Below, one piece after another: positions 40,435 through 53,616 of a DNA stretch of 64,000 nucleotides; the first letter of the stretch is position 1; every line of letters begins with the position of its first letter. This stretch comes from Entomortierella parvispora E1425 (Eukaryota; Fungi; Mortierellomycota). The stretch lies in NCBI GenBank assembly GCA_020891255.1, contig BQFW01000005.1:1-64000 (forward strand). Direction: 5' to 3'. The position numbers and the translations under genes were made by a program. The notes under the pieces are model-generated. The model saw only the letters and a program-made list of their open reading frames with translations, had not been told where the DNA came from and ran no database searches.

Positions 40435-42560
40435 ATGGTGAGTACTCTCCCTTGCCTCCTCGCGTCTCTTTCTCAAACCGCGTCCCACGCCAACGTAGAA
40501 TGAAGCGTGTGCATGTGTCTTCACATCCCCATCCATTGCTCATCTCGGTTGTAGATGACTTTCTCGGGGGGTCTGGGAACACAAAGGACCGAGAGCACAG
40601 CTTTCTTCTTGGCTACAACTACCCATCTTTGATCTGTGATACAAACCGATACCAACGAATAACCATGGCTTTCCCCACCCATCGTTTGTCATATAGGATG
40701 AGCAATACGACGTCGTTGTCATGGGCACCGGTTTGACCGAGTGCATCCTCTCGGGTCTCCTTTCGATTGAAGGCAAGAAGGTCCTCCACTTGGACCGCAA
40801 CGATTATTACGGAGGCGAGAGTGCCAGTTTGAACTTGACTCAGGTACAGGCAGATCCAAAAATATCCAATTGACCATGCTCCCCAAAAGGGTTACTCCTC
40901 CTTTGTCTCTCTTTGTGCGATCTAAACGTGGAGCTGTTATAGCTCAGTTGGCTCCAACACCATCAAAAAGTGCTCTTTCTCGCCAATAACAGAGCAGAAC
41001 CACCAACAAAGAGAGTCAATCAAGCTGCCTCGAACCACAGACAGCTCTCTCTCATGCACTCTTCATTCTGTTGGGTTCTTTATGAAATTGCTCACGCGCG
41101 TTAAAACAACGTCTCTAATAGAAAAAACACAATGTGTAAAATTATCCTTTAGCTTTATAGGCAGTTTCGCGATGGTGCCTCCCCTCCTGCAGAGCTGGGA
41201 CGCGACCGCGACTACAATGTCGACTTGATCCCCAAGTTCATGATGGCCAACGGCGAGCTCGTCAAGATCCTCACCCACACCGATGTCACCCGCTACTTGG
41301 AGTTCAAGCAAATTGCTGGATCCTACGTTTACCGTGATGGCAAGATCGCCAAGGTCCCTGCCACCGAGATGGAGGCCGTCAACTCACCCTTGATGGGTCT
41401 CTTGGAGAAGCGTCGTGCCAAGAAGTTCTTTGAGTTTGTTCAGACCTACAAGCAGGATGACCCTTCCACTCACGAGGGCATGGACGCGGCTGTTACATCC
41501 ATGGATGCCGTCTATAAGCACTTTGGCCTCGAGCCTGGCACCATTGACTTTATTGGTCACGCTTTGGCTTTGCACTTGGAGGACAGGTAAGCGCCGACTT
41601 TTGAGCATCATTGGCACTGATCATTAAGCTCCACTCTGGCGCCATGTCCCGTCAGCAATTGGATATTGTTCTAACAAGGTCCCCGCTTTTAATACGTATT
41701 TATAGCTATTTGAGCCGCCCTGCTCTCGAGACATTTGAGCGCATCACTCTCTACATGTCGTCCATGGCTCGTTGGGGCAAGTCTCCTTACCTTTACCCTC
41801 GCTATGGCTTGAGTGAGTTGCCCCAGGGTTTCGCTCGGTACGTATGCAAATTGCCTCGCTGTAGACTCCTCGAGGCTGATCTCAAATCACTGACCCTCTC
41901 CATCCCTCTCTCTCTCTTCTTCACCTCCTTAGTTTGAGTGCTATCTATGGCGGTACCTACATGCTCGACAAGAAGGTGGACGAGATTGTGTATGAGAACG
42001 GCAAGGTTGTCGGTGTCCGCTCTGGCGAAGAGGTTGCCAAGTGCACACAGGTCATCTGCGATCCCTCCTATGCCTCAGAGAAGACCCGCAAGGCTCACCG
42101 TGTCATCCGTGCCATCTGCGTCCTTAAGGGACCCATCCCCAACACCGAGGATGTCGACTCTCTCCAGCTGATCATTCCTCAGAACCAGGTCAACCGCAAG
42201 AACGACATTTACATTGCCAGCGTTTCCTCTTCCCACAACGTCTGCGAAAAGAACCATCAGCTCGCCATTGTCTCGACTGTGATCGAGACTGACAAGCCCG
42301 AGGAGGAGATTGCACCCGGTTTGGCCCTTTTGGGACCCATTGCCGACAAGTTTATCCAGATTGCTGATATTTGCGAGCCTGTCCAGGACGGCAAGGAGGA
42401 CAATGTTTTCATCTCGAAGTCGTACGATGCCACTTCTCACTTTGAGACTGTCTGCGACGATGTCAAGGATCTTTACAAGCGTATCACTGGCAACGACCTG
42501 GTGTTGAAGCAGAGACCCACCCAGGAGGAGGAGCAGCAGGAGATGACCAAGGAAAACTAA
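40435..42560 (+). CDS. GDI1: Rab GDP-dissociation inhibitor (multi-exon; first exon is ATG only)
   Basis: [83 protein letters not shown]. Confidence 0.97.
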
Positions 42561-42926
42561 AAAGAAAAAAAAAAAACACCATGCTCACCTTGACAAAAAA
42601 AAGTTGACGGTAGCAGCAACTACAATCTACAACCATATAACCACCTATTATTGAAACTATTGAACAAGTAAAATATCCATTTACAGAAAAGCAAAACCAT
42701 CACCAAAGTCGACTATGAAGAATAGAATATCCTAGAAACCTTGAGACACTTTGCCAAGGCACCAACGAACCGAGGCCACGTTTTTGTGCTCGAGGGGAAG
42801 CGCTCTCTCGGCGAGCAGTCACGCTCTGGGAGGCACCTTCCGCCCAATGGTCTTTTGTGCCCCTTTCATCTTCCTTCGCCTCGACATTCTCTTCTTACAA
42901 CTTCACATTCACCCACATTACCGGCT

Positions 42927-44355
42927 ATGAAGTGGCCTAAACCATCCTTTCAAGGAGTAAAAGGTCGTATCGGCTTGCTGGTCCTGGCCTTTCTCTCTCT
43001 CTCCCTTGCTGGCCTTGTAAACGCCGCCCATCAAAAAGTACTCTTACGCGATGTCCAGACCCTGACGCTTCACAAGGGCAGGATGACGACTGGCAGGAGA
43101 AGTAGTCCTGTGCCCCAATTGAACTGCGTTGGAGGCAATGCCTGTGGCGACTATGAGCCTGGTAGGTTACCTCCACAAGAATAGTCATGGATCAGCCATT
43201 GTGGTTTTCTTGGCTATATTAATTAAGCCATTTTTTTTTTTTTTTTTTTTTTTTTTGTGTCTTCACTCTCTCTTTTCTAGATGTTGTCCAATGTGTAAAT
43301 ACTGGATTCGATGGAAGCGATGTGCAATGGAAATGTCAAGCTGATATGCCAGAAACTTTTCGATTCGGAGAACTGGATGTTTACTGTGAAGGTAAAAAAA
43401 AAACTGTGGACATTTGCAACCATAGATTGAGAAGAGTGAAAAGAAGGGTGCCTTAACATGCATCTTCTTGTTAGGCTATAACCACCCCGACGATCCATAT
43501 GTTCTCAAAGGCAGCTGTGGCCTGGAATACAAACTCTTTTATACCAACATTCAACAAAAAGGAGCAAGTTCTTACAGCAACTATGGACAGCAATGGAGCA
43601 GCAAAGGTATGAAAGTAATGCGCTTGATGATGAGACATAAACCATTGTCGTACGCACTAGAAGAAAACGTCCTTACGCAAAATTCCCTTCTGACACTATA
43701 GTGAAGAAGCAACCTTTGATTGACACGATATATTTTTGGACATGGATCGGCGTCGTGGGCTTGATCTTGTTTTTCATGGTCAAGAGATGTTTCGAGAACG
43801 ACAACAACCCTCATGATCCCCCTCCACCTTACAGAGCGTCTGGCGGCCATGGAGGAGGGAGTGGCGGCAGTGGCGGCGGTGGTGGAGGAGGAGGCGGTTG
43901 GGGCAGCGGATGGGGACATGGAAGGCGCGACAACTATCCGCCACCCCCAAGCTACAAACCAACAGGTAAAACCCCAAAACAGAACCTTGGCAATAGAAAC
44001 AATCAACCTTTTGACACAGGCTTTCTGAACTGAGATATTTGTCGATTCTTTTTTTTTTCGGTTAGACACATCTTCATCTTCAGGTGGCTACACGCCTGGC
44101 TTCTGGTCTGGACTTGGTCTAGGAGCAGGCGCTGCCTATTTGGCTAATAGGAACCAACGTAGAGATGATCTGTATCGATCTACACGCAATTCTGGTTGGG
44201 GATCTTCATCATGGTCATTCTCTGGCGGTGATTATGGTGGCAGCGGCAATTATGGTGGAGGTAGTTACGGTGGAGGTGGCAGTAGCTTTGGTGGATCTTC
44301 ATCTTCTGCACCTACTCGCTCAGCTTCAGGTTTTGGAGGCACAAAACGACGCTAA
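42927..44355 (+). CDS. SARAF: SARAF/TMEM66-like (DUF1183) single-pass membrane protein (multi-exon)
   Basis: KVLLRDVQTLTLHKGRMTTGRRSSPVPQLNCVGG.AC, VVQC.N.GFDG.DVQWKC.AD, CEGYNHPDDPYVLKGSCGLEY, TM helix, Gly-rich tail ending SGFGGTKRR*. Confidence 0.93.
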
Positions 44356-44492
44356 ATAAACATGCAATTGAGTAATACCTTTTTCGCCTCTATGCAAATG
44401 AACATTGATCACTGCAAGACTGGGCAGGCATGAAGGTATTGCGGATTCAATAAAAAAAAGCAGAAGGCAAATTTATTTCAAAAAATGGCAAT

Positions 44493-45797
44493 TTACTTCT
44501 TGGACTTCTTGGGGGCCTCGGCCTCGACGGCAGCAGCCTCGACACCAGAGAAAGCAGCGCGCTTCTCAGCGACACGCTCGTTGCGGCGGGTACGGGCAGC
44601 CTTGGTCTTGTTGCGGTGAGCCTCAGCCTGGTCAGCGATCAACTTGGCACGGAGCTTCTCAGCCTTGGCCTTGTGGATGTACTCCATAAGGACACGCTTG
44701 TTCTTGAAGACGTTACCCTTGGCCTTCATGTACAAGACGTGGTACAAGTGCTTGTCGATCTTGCCAGTCTCGCGGTACTTGCGGAGGAGGCGACGAAGGA
44801 CACGCTGGCGGCGCATCCAGATGACGGTGGTGGGCATACGGGCCTCAGCGGTACCCTGACGCTTACCGGTGCCAGAGTGACGACCAGCACGCTTGGCAGC
44901 GAGCTTCTCGCGGTGACGGAAGAGCGAGTGCATGGTCTGGGGCTTCTTGATGATGAGACCATCCTTGACGAGCTTGCGGATGTTCTGGCCTAAAAGTCAG
45001 ATGGACAACAAAAAAACAGCCCTTATAATTAGCTGCGGCACTTGTGTACTTGCAATATCAATGCCAAAGTCCCAGTGGGGTGTCGACAGGGGACGATGAA
45101 GATATGTTGCTGATTGACGACTGTTCACCCAGCGGTATAAATAACAATGGGTAGCGATCATGATGTGCTGGGGATGGGTTTGTACGTCTGTGCTTGTCCT
45201 CCATATGACTTGGTGGACAACCAAGGTTGAAAATTTGCGAAGTCGCGCCTGATGGGTGCAAGACCAAAGACCCCAAGAGAAAGAGATTTCCCCCAAAAAA
45301 AGTAGCAGATGGCCAAGTTTTCCCTCCTGCCTTCCTTTGTAAAGCTGACCAGTGTATGTCCAGAGATAATTCTACTTATCTACTTACGAGAGTTGGCGTT
45401 GGCAATCTCGGTGACCTCGTTAGGGTCCAACCAAATCTTGCGCTGTCCGCACTTCAAGACGGCGGCGGCCAAACGTTTCTGACTGCTCAAAGAAACCCTG
45501 ATGAATAGAATGACGCAAAGAAAACGTTTTGTACGATGTCAGGTCCAATGTTATATGACAGTGAGCAAATTCATCCTGTACTCGGCTGATCAATAATCTT
45601 CCGATGAAGCTGAATTGGATGATGTCGCAAATTGTCCAAGGTCGAATTGGAAATTGAAAATCGATGGATCAAATTGACGTCTAAGGATCGGATTAATGGA
45701 TGGATCCTGAAGAGATGATGCTCGCCATCCTGTGGACATTGTGCTTCCTGATCCTGTGCAATTCTGTAGCCATGCGCAATTCCCCCATGCATTACAT
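44493..45797 (-). CDS. RPL19: 60S ribosomal protein eL19 (3 exons; exon 1 is AT of the split ATG)
   Basis: [86 protein letters not shown]. Confidence 0.97.
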
Positions 45798-45964
45798 GAT
45801 GTTGAATTGAGATGAGGAAAGAGGGGGAATTCATATTCAGCGCAAGACCGCCAGAACAAATAATAAAGCCACGTGATGAATTCACGTGACTTGTCCTTTC
45901 GCCTGTGCTTTTTAACCTGTGCTCCCTGAATCTTTGATCGCTCTTTCCAAAATTTTATATCAAC
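45798..45964. promoter_or_regulatory. 167-bp bidirectional promoter shared by RPL19 and RPS18, with two CACGTG E-boxes
   Basis: Head-to-head starts at 45797 (-) and 45965 (+); CACGTG at 45870-45875 and TCACGTGA at 45882-45889. Confidence 0.75.
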
Positions 45965-47240
45965 ATGGTACTCTATCGGTCACCGTGCATCCGGATGCTC
46001 CGTTGGATCAATCGATCGATCCATCACCATTGCCAGGACACAACCATCGCCAATCTTGACTATCCATGGGACCACTGACCACCATGACCCAGGGGAAGCC
46101 ATGCCCAAAAATATTCTGGAGGACGATCACCCATCATCAACATGAACAGGATGGATTACATCAGTCAGCAACTTTACTCTGTCGGAAGCCATGATCACTA
46201 ACCCTGGATTCGGTCTACTTTTCCACAGTCTCTCCTTGTCCCCGAGAAAGGCCAGTTCCAGCACATTCTTCGTGTCCTTAACACGAACGTGGAGGGCAAG
46301 ACCAAGATCATGTTCGCCATGGTAAGACTTTCATCTACCGCAGTCAATCAGGCCCCGATTGGAAGGTCCGAGGTCAGAACAACTGCAGAGACGCTAACCC
46401 CAACCCATCCTTTCTTTATATCTGAACCCTCTAGACCAACATCAAGGGTGTCGGTCGTCGTTATGCCAACTTGGTCTGCAAGAAGGCTGATATCGACTTG
46501 AAGAAGAGGTGCGTTTGGAGTGCCGCAGTAATACACACAACAGGAGTAAACTCGGAGCAAAGCACAGAGGCGGACTCGGCAGTAAAACTTTGGAATACGC
46601 CGAGCACCACCAGCGATGGTGCTCTGACTCGACATCAACCTTGCATCAAACTCGACCTCTCAAGACAATCAATGATGTTACCTTCATTCCGAGCAGACAG
46701 ATGACAGGAAACTGGGAATAGTCGACCCGACGTTTTCTACGGCCGAATTCTTTCTCAACAACTCGACCACCTTCTTGCGTGGTCTCTGACACAGACTACG
46801 TTATAGACTTGCTTGCCAGGATTGAACACACACTTGAGCAGCAGATATCAGGATGCTGGATTTATAGGATGGTGAAAACACTTTAAAGAGCAGGCTGCTG
46901 ACATTGTCGACCCTCCCAACTCCTATATCCATTCCAATCTATTAGAGCTGGTGAGCTTACCAACGAGGAGCTCGAGCGTCTCGTCACCATCATGCAGAAC
47001 CCCACCCAGTACAAGGTTCCCCAGTGGTTCCTTAACAGACAGAAGAACTTTGTCGATGGCAAGTACACCCAGCTTTTGGCTAACGGTCTTGACAACCAGA
47101 TGCGTGAGGATTTGGAGCGTCTTAAGAAGATCCGTGCCCATCGTGGTCTCCGTCACTACTGGGGCGTCCGTGTCCGTGGTCAGCACACCAAGACCACTGG
47201 TCGTCGCGGTCGCGTCGTCGGTGTCTCCAAGAAGAAGTAA
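45965..47240 (+). CDS. RPS18: 40S ribosomal protein uS13/S18 (4 exons; exon 1 is ATG only)
   Basis: [74 protein letters not shown]. Confidence 0.97.
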
Positions 47241-48133
47241 ATTGTAAGTGTCGCTCCCATTTCTCCCCACCACCCTCACCGTGGAATAGGGAGACAATGG
47301 TCCCTTCACCCAAAAGAAAAAAATGATGCTTTAAAACTTATCTACATTGTCCGATACCCAATGAGGACAAAAACCTGTTTTCCTGATTTTACACCTTTGG
47401 ACTCTCCCTGTCTCTACAATGGACAGTAACCGAATGCAACTTTTGAAAACACAACTCTTGACTGACCCTTGATTTCACTGTATTCTTGTCCTGATCGTCG
47501 ACTAGATATCTTTGGATATTTTTTCATTCTCGGAAAGGCGTTGTGGTTTCGAAGGAAATAAAATCAACCATTTCTGCAAACAAAAAAAACAAAAAATGTT
47601 CAATTGACAAAGAGAGCTGACTGGTGGGGCATTCCAGGCAGGGGAGCGAAGACACAGCAGCCCTGGCTGGTGTGCGACCAGAGAAAGAAGGTTGCACGGA
47701 CGAAAAGGGAATTGGGCGTCCTTATGTTGGTCCCGTGCGACAAAGGTGGAAGGAAGGTTCACCCAGCCATATGATCAAATACCAAACCGTGGCATAGGTG
47801 GGATGGTTGTCGAGCAGGACATCGCTCTGTGCTGGAATGGTGTGCGGCATACAGAACAAGAACAAGAGAGAGCGTATGTGGGCCGGGTTGTGTTCGCCTC
47901 CTTTTTTTGCAGCAGGCCAGGCCTAATGAAAAGAGAGAAGGGATGCGATTGCATTGCTGCGTTGCATCCCTCTCTCCTCTTCTTTCCTCTTTGCTCTTCC
48001 TCTTGTCCTTTGTCCTCTGTCCTCGTCCACGCCCGCTCTCATACACAACTCATATACGAGTCATACATACCTCTCCTCTGACTCCCCTCCCTGGGCCCTT
48101 TGTTCCATCACAGACCCATTTCTAAATCGAGAC

Positions 48134-51100
48134 ATGACCTTATTTCCGAATGACAAGGGTCCACACCCATGGCTCCTGCAAGACTCAACGGGCCTTCACA
48201 ACGACCTCGTTCCCGGTCGCGCGGACGCGTCCCCAGCCGTGTCTTCGCCCAAGGGGCTGGCACCGGCCAGTTTTGGGCCATTGAGCGAGTCGGAGCTTGA
48301 GAGACCAGACGGTGGCGACGGCGATCTTGATCGCGACAGCGGCGACTCTGTGCCAGCGGTGGACAGCGTTTCTCGGCCAGCCTCCACAGGAACACACCGC
48401 GACAGCAACACCAACACCAACGACCATTGGCACGACCAAGGAAAGAGACAAGAGCAGTCCCGACTGTGGCCAACGACCACGACGACAGCGACCACGACGA
48501 TGTTGACCTTGTCGGCCTCTTCTTCTTCTTCTTCTTCTCTCCTTCCTCCTTTGCCCCCCTCTCTTGCCCACTCTGCGACAACACCATCATCACCACCACC
48601 GTCTGCGACCGCACTCGATCCTCGGTCCCTTCCTTTGTCTTCACCTTCACCGCTACCTCTACCCCCACTACCCCAGTCCCCGTTCGGGTCAGCTGCGCCT
48701 GAGCCACCTGCTGAGCTCGTGAGCCTGCTCCCTGCCATCCACCCCTCTTCCTCTTCTTCCTCTTCTGCTCCCCCCTCCAGACTGTCCCCCGCTGCTTCTG
48801 CCCCATCCCCCGCTCCCTTGCCAGACCCTCAACGCAAGCCAAAGCTCCCAGCCGAGGACCCTCCTGCCTTCTCTGTCTTTTCCCAGACTGCCATTCTCTC
48901 TCTCGGACATCTGCCATTTTGTCTGGTCCTGGTTGTGCCTTGTCTTTCTCATTGTTCATTCCAATTGACCTGCGCCCCAATCCTCATTCCCCTGAAGCTT
49001 CGCCTGCCTCCAGACGCTTTCCATTCGTGCATTGTTGCTGAAACAGACGCTGTGGTACCCCTGCACTGTCCGCTGCGGTTTTCGTGTCTGGCCTACTTTC
49101 AAACTTGGTCCCTGCAAAGCCTTGCAGTGGCTTACGCGCTTCCTCTCCTCTGCGCCTTCTCCCCAAGCTTGGTCCTTCCACTGGGCATTTTCCATATCTG
49201 CAGCTTGATCGCCTCTGGGGCAACCTTACCTCCTCCACCTGATCACCACCATCCCCATCGGAATCAATCCCACCACCGAACCCGCCACTCTTCAAAGTCT
49301 CTTTCTAGTTCCTTCTCAAGAAGAATGGATACTGCCACATCTTCCGCAGGTGCAGAGACAGCAACGGCGTCATCATCGACATCATCAATGTTTTCTAGTC
49401 CAGATATTAGAGGCACAGGACATCGTCGAATACAAGCAGCAGCATCAGGACCTGGCGCTGGATCGTCTGAGGTCCTTTCACACCACTCAAGTCAACAGCC
49501 ACAATGGGCGCAGCATAGTCATACTCCAGGCGAGAACCACCAGCACGGAGGAGGAGAGCACCCCAGTCAAAGCTCCTCTAACTTTGGACACGGACATGGC
49601 CATGGGGAAGACTCTCATGGAACATACGGAGATGAAGACATCCCACTGGAGGATGAGGATGGTCGACACAGTGACGAAGACTCTGATGGAGAAGGACACG
49701 CCAGCGAGATTGAATTCTGGCTACAAAGGTGCTCCATTTGCTTTGATGCACGCCTTGACTTTTGTCTCGAGCACTGTCGCGACCAGTTCTGTAAAGATTG
49801 CTTTCAAAGGTAGGATACGACACGACACGGCTGTTCACGTTCAGGCTCTCAGTAATTTAAGTCGCGGTCACTAGATTCTAGCATCCTAACCTACGCGTTG
49901 ATGATATGTGTTTCTTTGGTTTCGCTTGCTGTAGATATGTCAAGGAGATTGTCAGCAACTCATGGGGACTTGATGTTACAAAGGTCAAATGCCCAGTATG
50001 CCAGGACACAATCCCACTCCTGGAGTGGAGAAAGGTACCAATGACCAGGGACTGCCATGTTTTTACGGTTGGTCGGATTGAATGTCTAACAAACTTTATT
50101 TTTCGTTCTCGTGATGTGTGCTTGTAGTATGTGGATCAAGGAACGTTGGCGCAATATCACCAATACAACCAACCATATCGGTCGTTCTCCCGGTTCTGTA
50201 ACGAGTGCGACACTGAGGTGGTCGTCTCGAGGATCAACAAGGATGCCCTTAATCTGCCCCTACAGGGCATGCTACCTCTGTTTGAAGTCCTGCTCAAGGA
50301 TCTCTGGAAACTGTTGTGTTTTAGCGGATTCCAACTCATAGAGCCCTCCTTGTTCCCTCAGTCAACGTCGCCAGAATCATCTCATGGAGGTCAAAAATCC
50401 ACTTTACGGTCGTCATCCGGCTCTCTCCCGAGGAACAATGGTATAGCTCAATCAATTCTTGAAAAGTTTGCAGACGACTGTAAACTGCTCTGTGGAACGC
50501 CACAACATCACTCCAGTTCTGGTCTGTCGTTTTCTCAATCTTACTTCTCGAGCCTTGCGTTTCGTGCACCGAGACCTCCCCCACCTCCCGTCATGCAACT
50601 CTCAGGGCAGGGGACACTGACGTCCGTTCCCCAGCCAGATCAGTCATTTCCACCAAATCATGCAAACCAGTCGAGAGCCAACCCATCAACTGGTTCAGCA
50701 TCAGCGAATCCGACTGCTCAACAAAAGGACTCGATTCCACGACCAGACGGTGTATCGATTATATACAAAGAATTGATGATGTCTCTGCTGGAACTTTTGG
50801 ATCTCAAACCAGCATCTCAGGATTCATGCAGCTCCTTGATGGATGGTCTTGAATTTGAGAACACACCCGGCAAGAATATCGCTTCTAGCTTTCATCTTTC
50901 ATGTTCGAGACCGATTGTGCTGACACGCGCAGAAAAAAAGCGGCGTTTGGGTGTAAAACGGGGAATCGTCCAGCTAAGCAAGGACCTGGCGAGTCTCGAG
51001 ACACGCCCTGATCAGTGGAAAGAACTTCAGTTCTTGCATGTGCGCTGGCTCCGATGGGATTGGTGGTAAGGACTCAATGACTGCTTCAATTTTTTCTTTG

Positions 51101-51805
51101 AATGAGTAATCTGACTTTGACTTGTGTTTTCCAATAGCCACAACTGTGATAAAGAGCTGTGCCTTCAGTGCGGCGAGTCCTCTCACCACGCGTCACAAGA
51201 TTGCTTCAGTTACATGAGATCTCTTGTTGCTGTAAAGGAGACTTCGCGGTCCTCGAGGCACAAGCGTTCCAGGAGTGAATCTGACAAGAACCATGTGGCC
51301 ACTGAGACCACAAGCGCTCTTGTGAAAGGAAAGGGCCGAGGTGAACTAGACTCGAATACTATCCACTGGAAGCTGCAGAACACCAACCCGTGTCCAAACT
51401 GCAGTATACTCATTCACAGAGACGATGGATGCAATAAGGTTGATTGCATGCTCTGCGGCTATCGATTCTGTTGGGTATGTCGGGAGTCTTGGGGAGTAGC
51501 CTGTGGTTTTTTCAAATGCGGTCGCCAGCCACAGGATCTCCAGCAATTGGACTCTGGAACAGAGGTCGACACGTCTGCAGATGTGGCAGGAACCACCGAT
51601 ACAAGTGTCCAGTCTCTTGGAGTTTCGGGCGATTTGTCCACCCCAGGCGCCCATTCTATTTCGGAAAAGGTACAAACGCCAAGAGACTTTCTGATTTTGT
51701 TGAATGTTGGAGGGACATTTCTGAAAACTAACAACTGTACCCTTTTAGACTGAGATTGGGGTTCCGAACGTCTTTGCGATCCAAGCCAAGAGATCAAGAG
51801 CATAG
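48134..51805 (+). CDS. RBR (RING1-IBR-RING2) E3 ubiquitin ligase with a long low-complexity N-terminus (multi-exon; start codon and 5' splicing uncertain)
   Basis: RING1 CSIC..HCRDQFCKDC..VKCPVC; IBR pieces RFCNEC and CDKELCLQCGESSHHASQDC; RING2 TNPCPNCSILIHRDDGCNKVDCMLCGYRFCWVC with the catalytic Cys in DGCNK. Confidence 0.85.
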
Positions 51806-51974
51806 ACATCTACAACCGTGGAAGCAGACAACGTTCCTTGTGCTCAACTTTGCGCGATCCACAATTGCCATGCATGATAGTTCGCAGTCACAATAAACAG
51901 CTTGGCTGAAACTGATCCCATGCATTTCATTGAACATCACTTTTTCCTTCCACCAATTGATGGCCATATTCCAC

Positions 51975-52617
51975 ATGGACGTAGCAGATAACACCGTGGC
52001 CCTTGTGACCAAGCATTGTGGTCTTCAACTGGAATTCTACCAAAAGTGCGTTACTCAGAATCCCGAAAACTGGGACATCAAATGCATTACCCAGAAGCGC
52101 GCATTGGCCAAGTGCTCGGAGGACAAGTAAGTGGTGATAACCGAGCTTGCATTCAAAGCATTCATCAACCAGACAGGAGAGGAACACCCCCCCCCCCCCC
52201 TTCTTGGCACTCAGTCTACAAAAGTCTGTCATGGTTCCGGGACGTCATACTGTCTCCCTGTCAACATTGATGGCTCAATTTTGTGGGAAAGATTTTGAAT
52301 GAAATTATTTACCTTTTTTTTTTTTTCCTTTTGACCGCTCTGATCATCGAATTAGTGTCCCTATCATCAAGCATGTCAAGGAGATGTGCGACCCCTTCAT
52401 TAGAGATTATGATGCCTGTGTGATGAAGAACCAGCAGGACCCCACGATCTGCCTCGATTCGCTCAAGCGTCTCTTCCACTGCACAGAGGAACACGGCAAG
52501 TTACCCCCCACTGGACCTCCCCGTGCTGCAGCCCCCTCTTCATCCTCATCATCAACAAAGGAGCAGGCCTCGGATAAGCCTGCTGCTTCTGGATACGGAT
52601 ACCGTGGTGGTGCGTAA
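51975..52617 (+). CDS. Mitochondrial intermembrane-space protein with two twin-CX9C (CHCH) modules, Mix14/CHCHD5-like (2 exons)
   Basis: HCGLQLEFYQKC..IKCITQKRALAKC / EMCDPFIRDYDAC..TICLDSLKRLFHC gives four CX9C motifs. Confidence 0.85.
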
Positions 52618-53426
52618 TTGAAAAAACTCGGGAACAAAACCAAATAGATCAAACTTTCAACAACATCAAATATACTGAGTATTCTATGAACCCCCTTGTG
52701 AGCAAGGACGGAAACTGCGAATGTAATTGTTCCGCATAGGTCTTTCTCTTGTACAGCTAAACCGATGCATCGAAATCTCCCAATCACCTGACTGGTTAAG
52801 AAATGGCTAAGCTAAAGCCTCTGACTTGCTTAGCCTTTAGTTAATAGCTAAGCAAAATGCAAAACCGAATGCATCGAAATCTCGCATCGAGCTTAGCCTC
52901 TAAGTAATGGCCTCGCAGAATGCAAAACCGAATCTCTCTAACTGTTACAAATGGTTATCATCCCACTAGCAGTTGAGAATAATCTAGTAAAATTCTCGCA
53001 GGTCTCGTTCCCACCGTAGAACATGGCTATGTACACAATGCTTGCCACTGGAACTAATACGCCGCACGTTGTCATATTCGTGATCTGTACTGTATGTACT
53101 GTAGCATCAAGACGGACGTGATGGATGGGAGCATTTGGGTAGTAATATTACATAAAATCCACAAAAGACTACAGTATTGTAAGCCTCCATCCCTGGGGAA
53201 GTCCAAAGCGTCGTACATTCTGACCTTGATGCAAGTCGTGATGGAGGGTTGGTCGCGCCTCAGTCCTCACTCACTCGACAAACTCTCCAGAGGCCGCCAG
53301 GCGCGAATGAATTTAAGGGTACAGATCACTTAAGGGTTTAGTTAAGGGTATACATTTTTAGATTAAGGTTTGAGAGCCGAAACAGCCGAATCAAAAACGG
53401 AAAAACAGAAAATTTTTCAAGCGAAT

Positions 53427-53507
53427 GACAACTTGGCGGAGTGGTTAACGCGCCGCCCTGCTAAGGCGGTGCCCTCGGGCGCGCAGGTTCGAATCCTGCA
53501 GTTGTCG
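53427..53507 (+). tRNA. tRNA-Ser(GCT), intronless, with long variable arm
   Basis: Acceptor stem GACAACT/AGTTGTC, D-loop GAGTGGTTAA, anticodon stem CCGCC-CT-GCT-AA-GGCGG, variable arm GCCC-TC-GGGC, T-arm GCAGG-TTCGAAT-CCTGC, discriminator G, T7 Pol III terminator at about 53522-53528. Confidence 0.97.
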
Positions 53508-53616
53508 CTTAAACTTTTGCATTTTTTTGCGAGGAAGAAAAAACAGAGCGGACCCATGTCGCCGATCATGGGCGAAAAGGCCTTCATTTTTGGGTCCCTT
53601 TTTCGCCCGACTAAAA

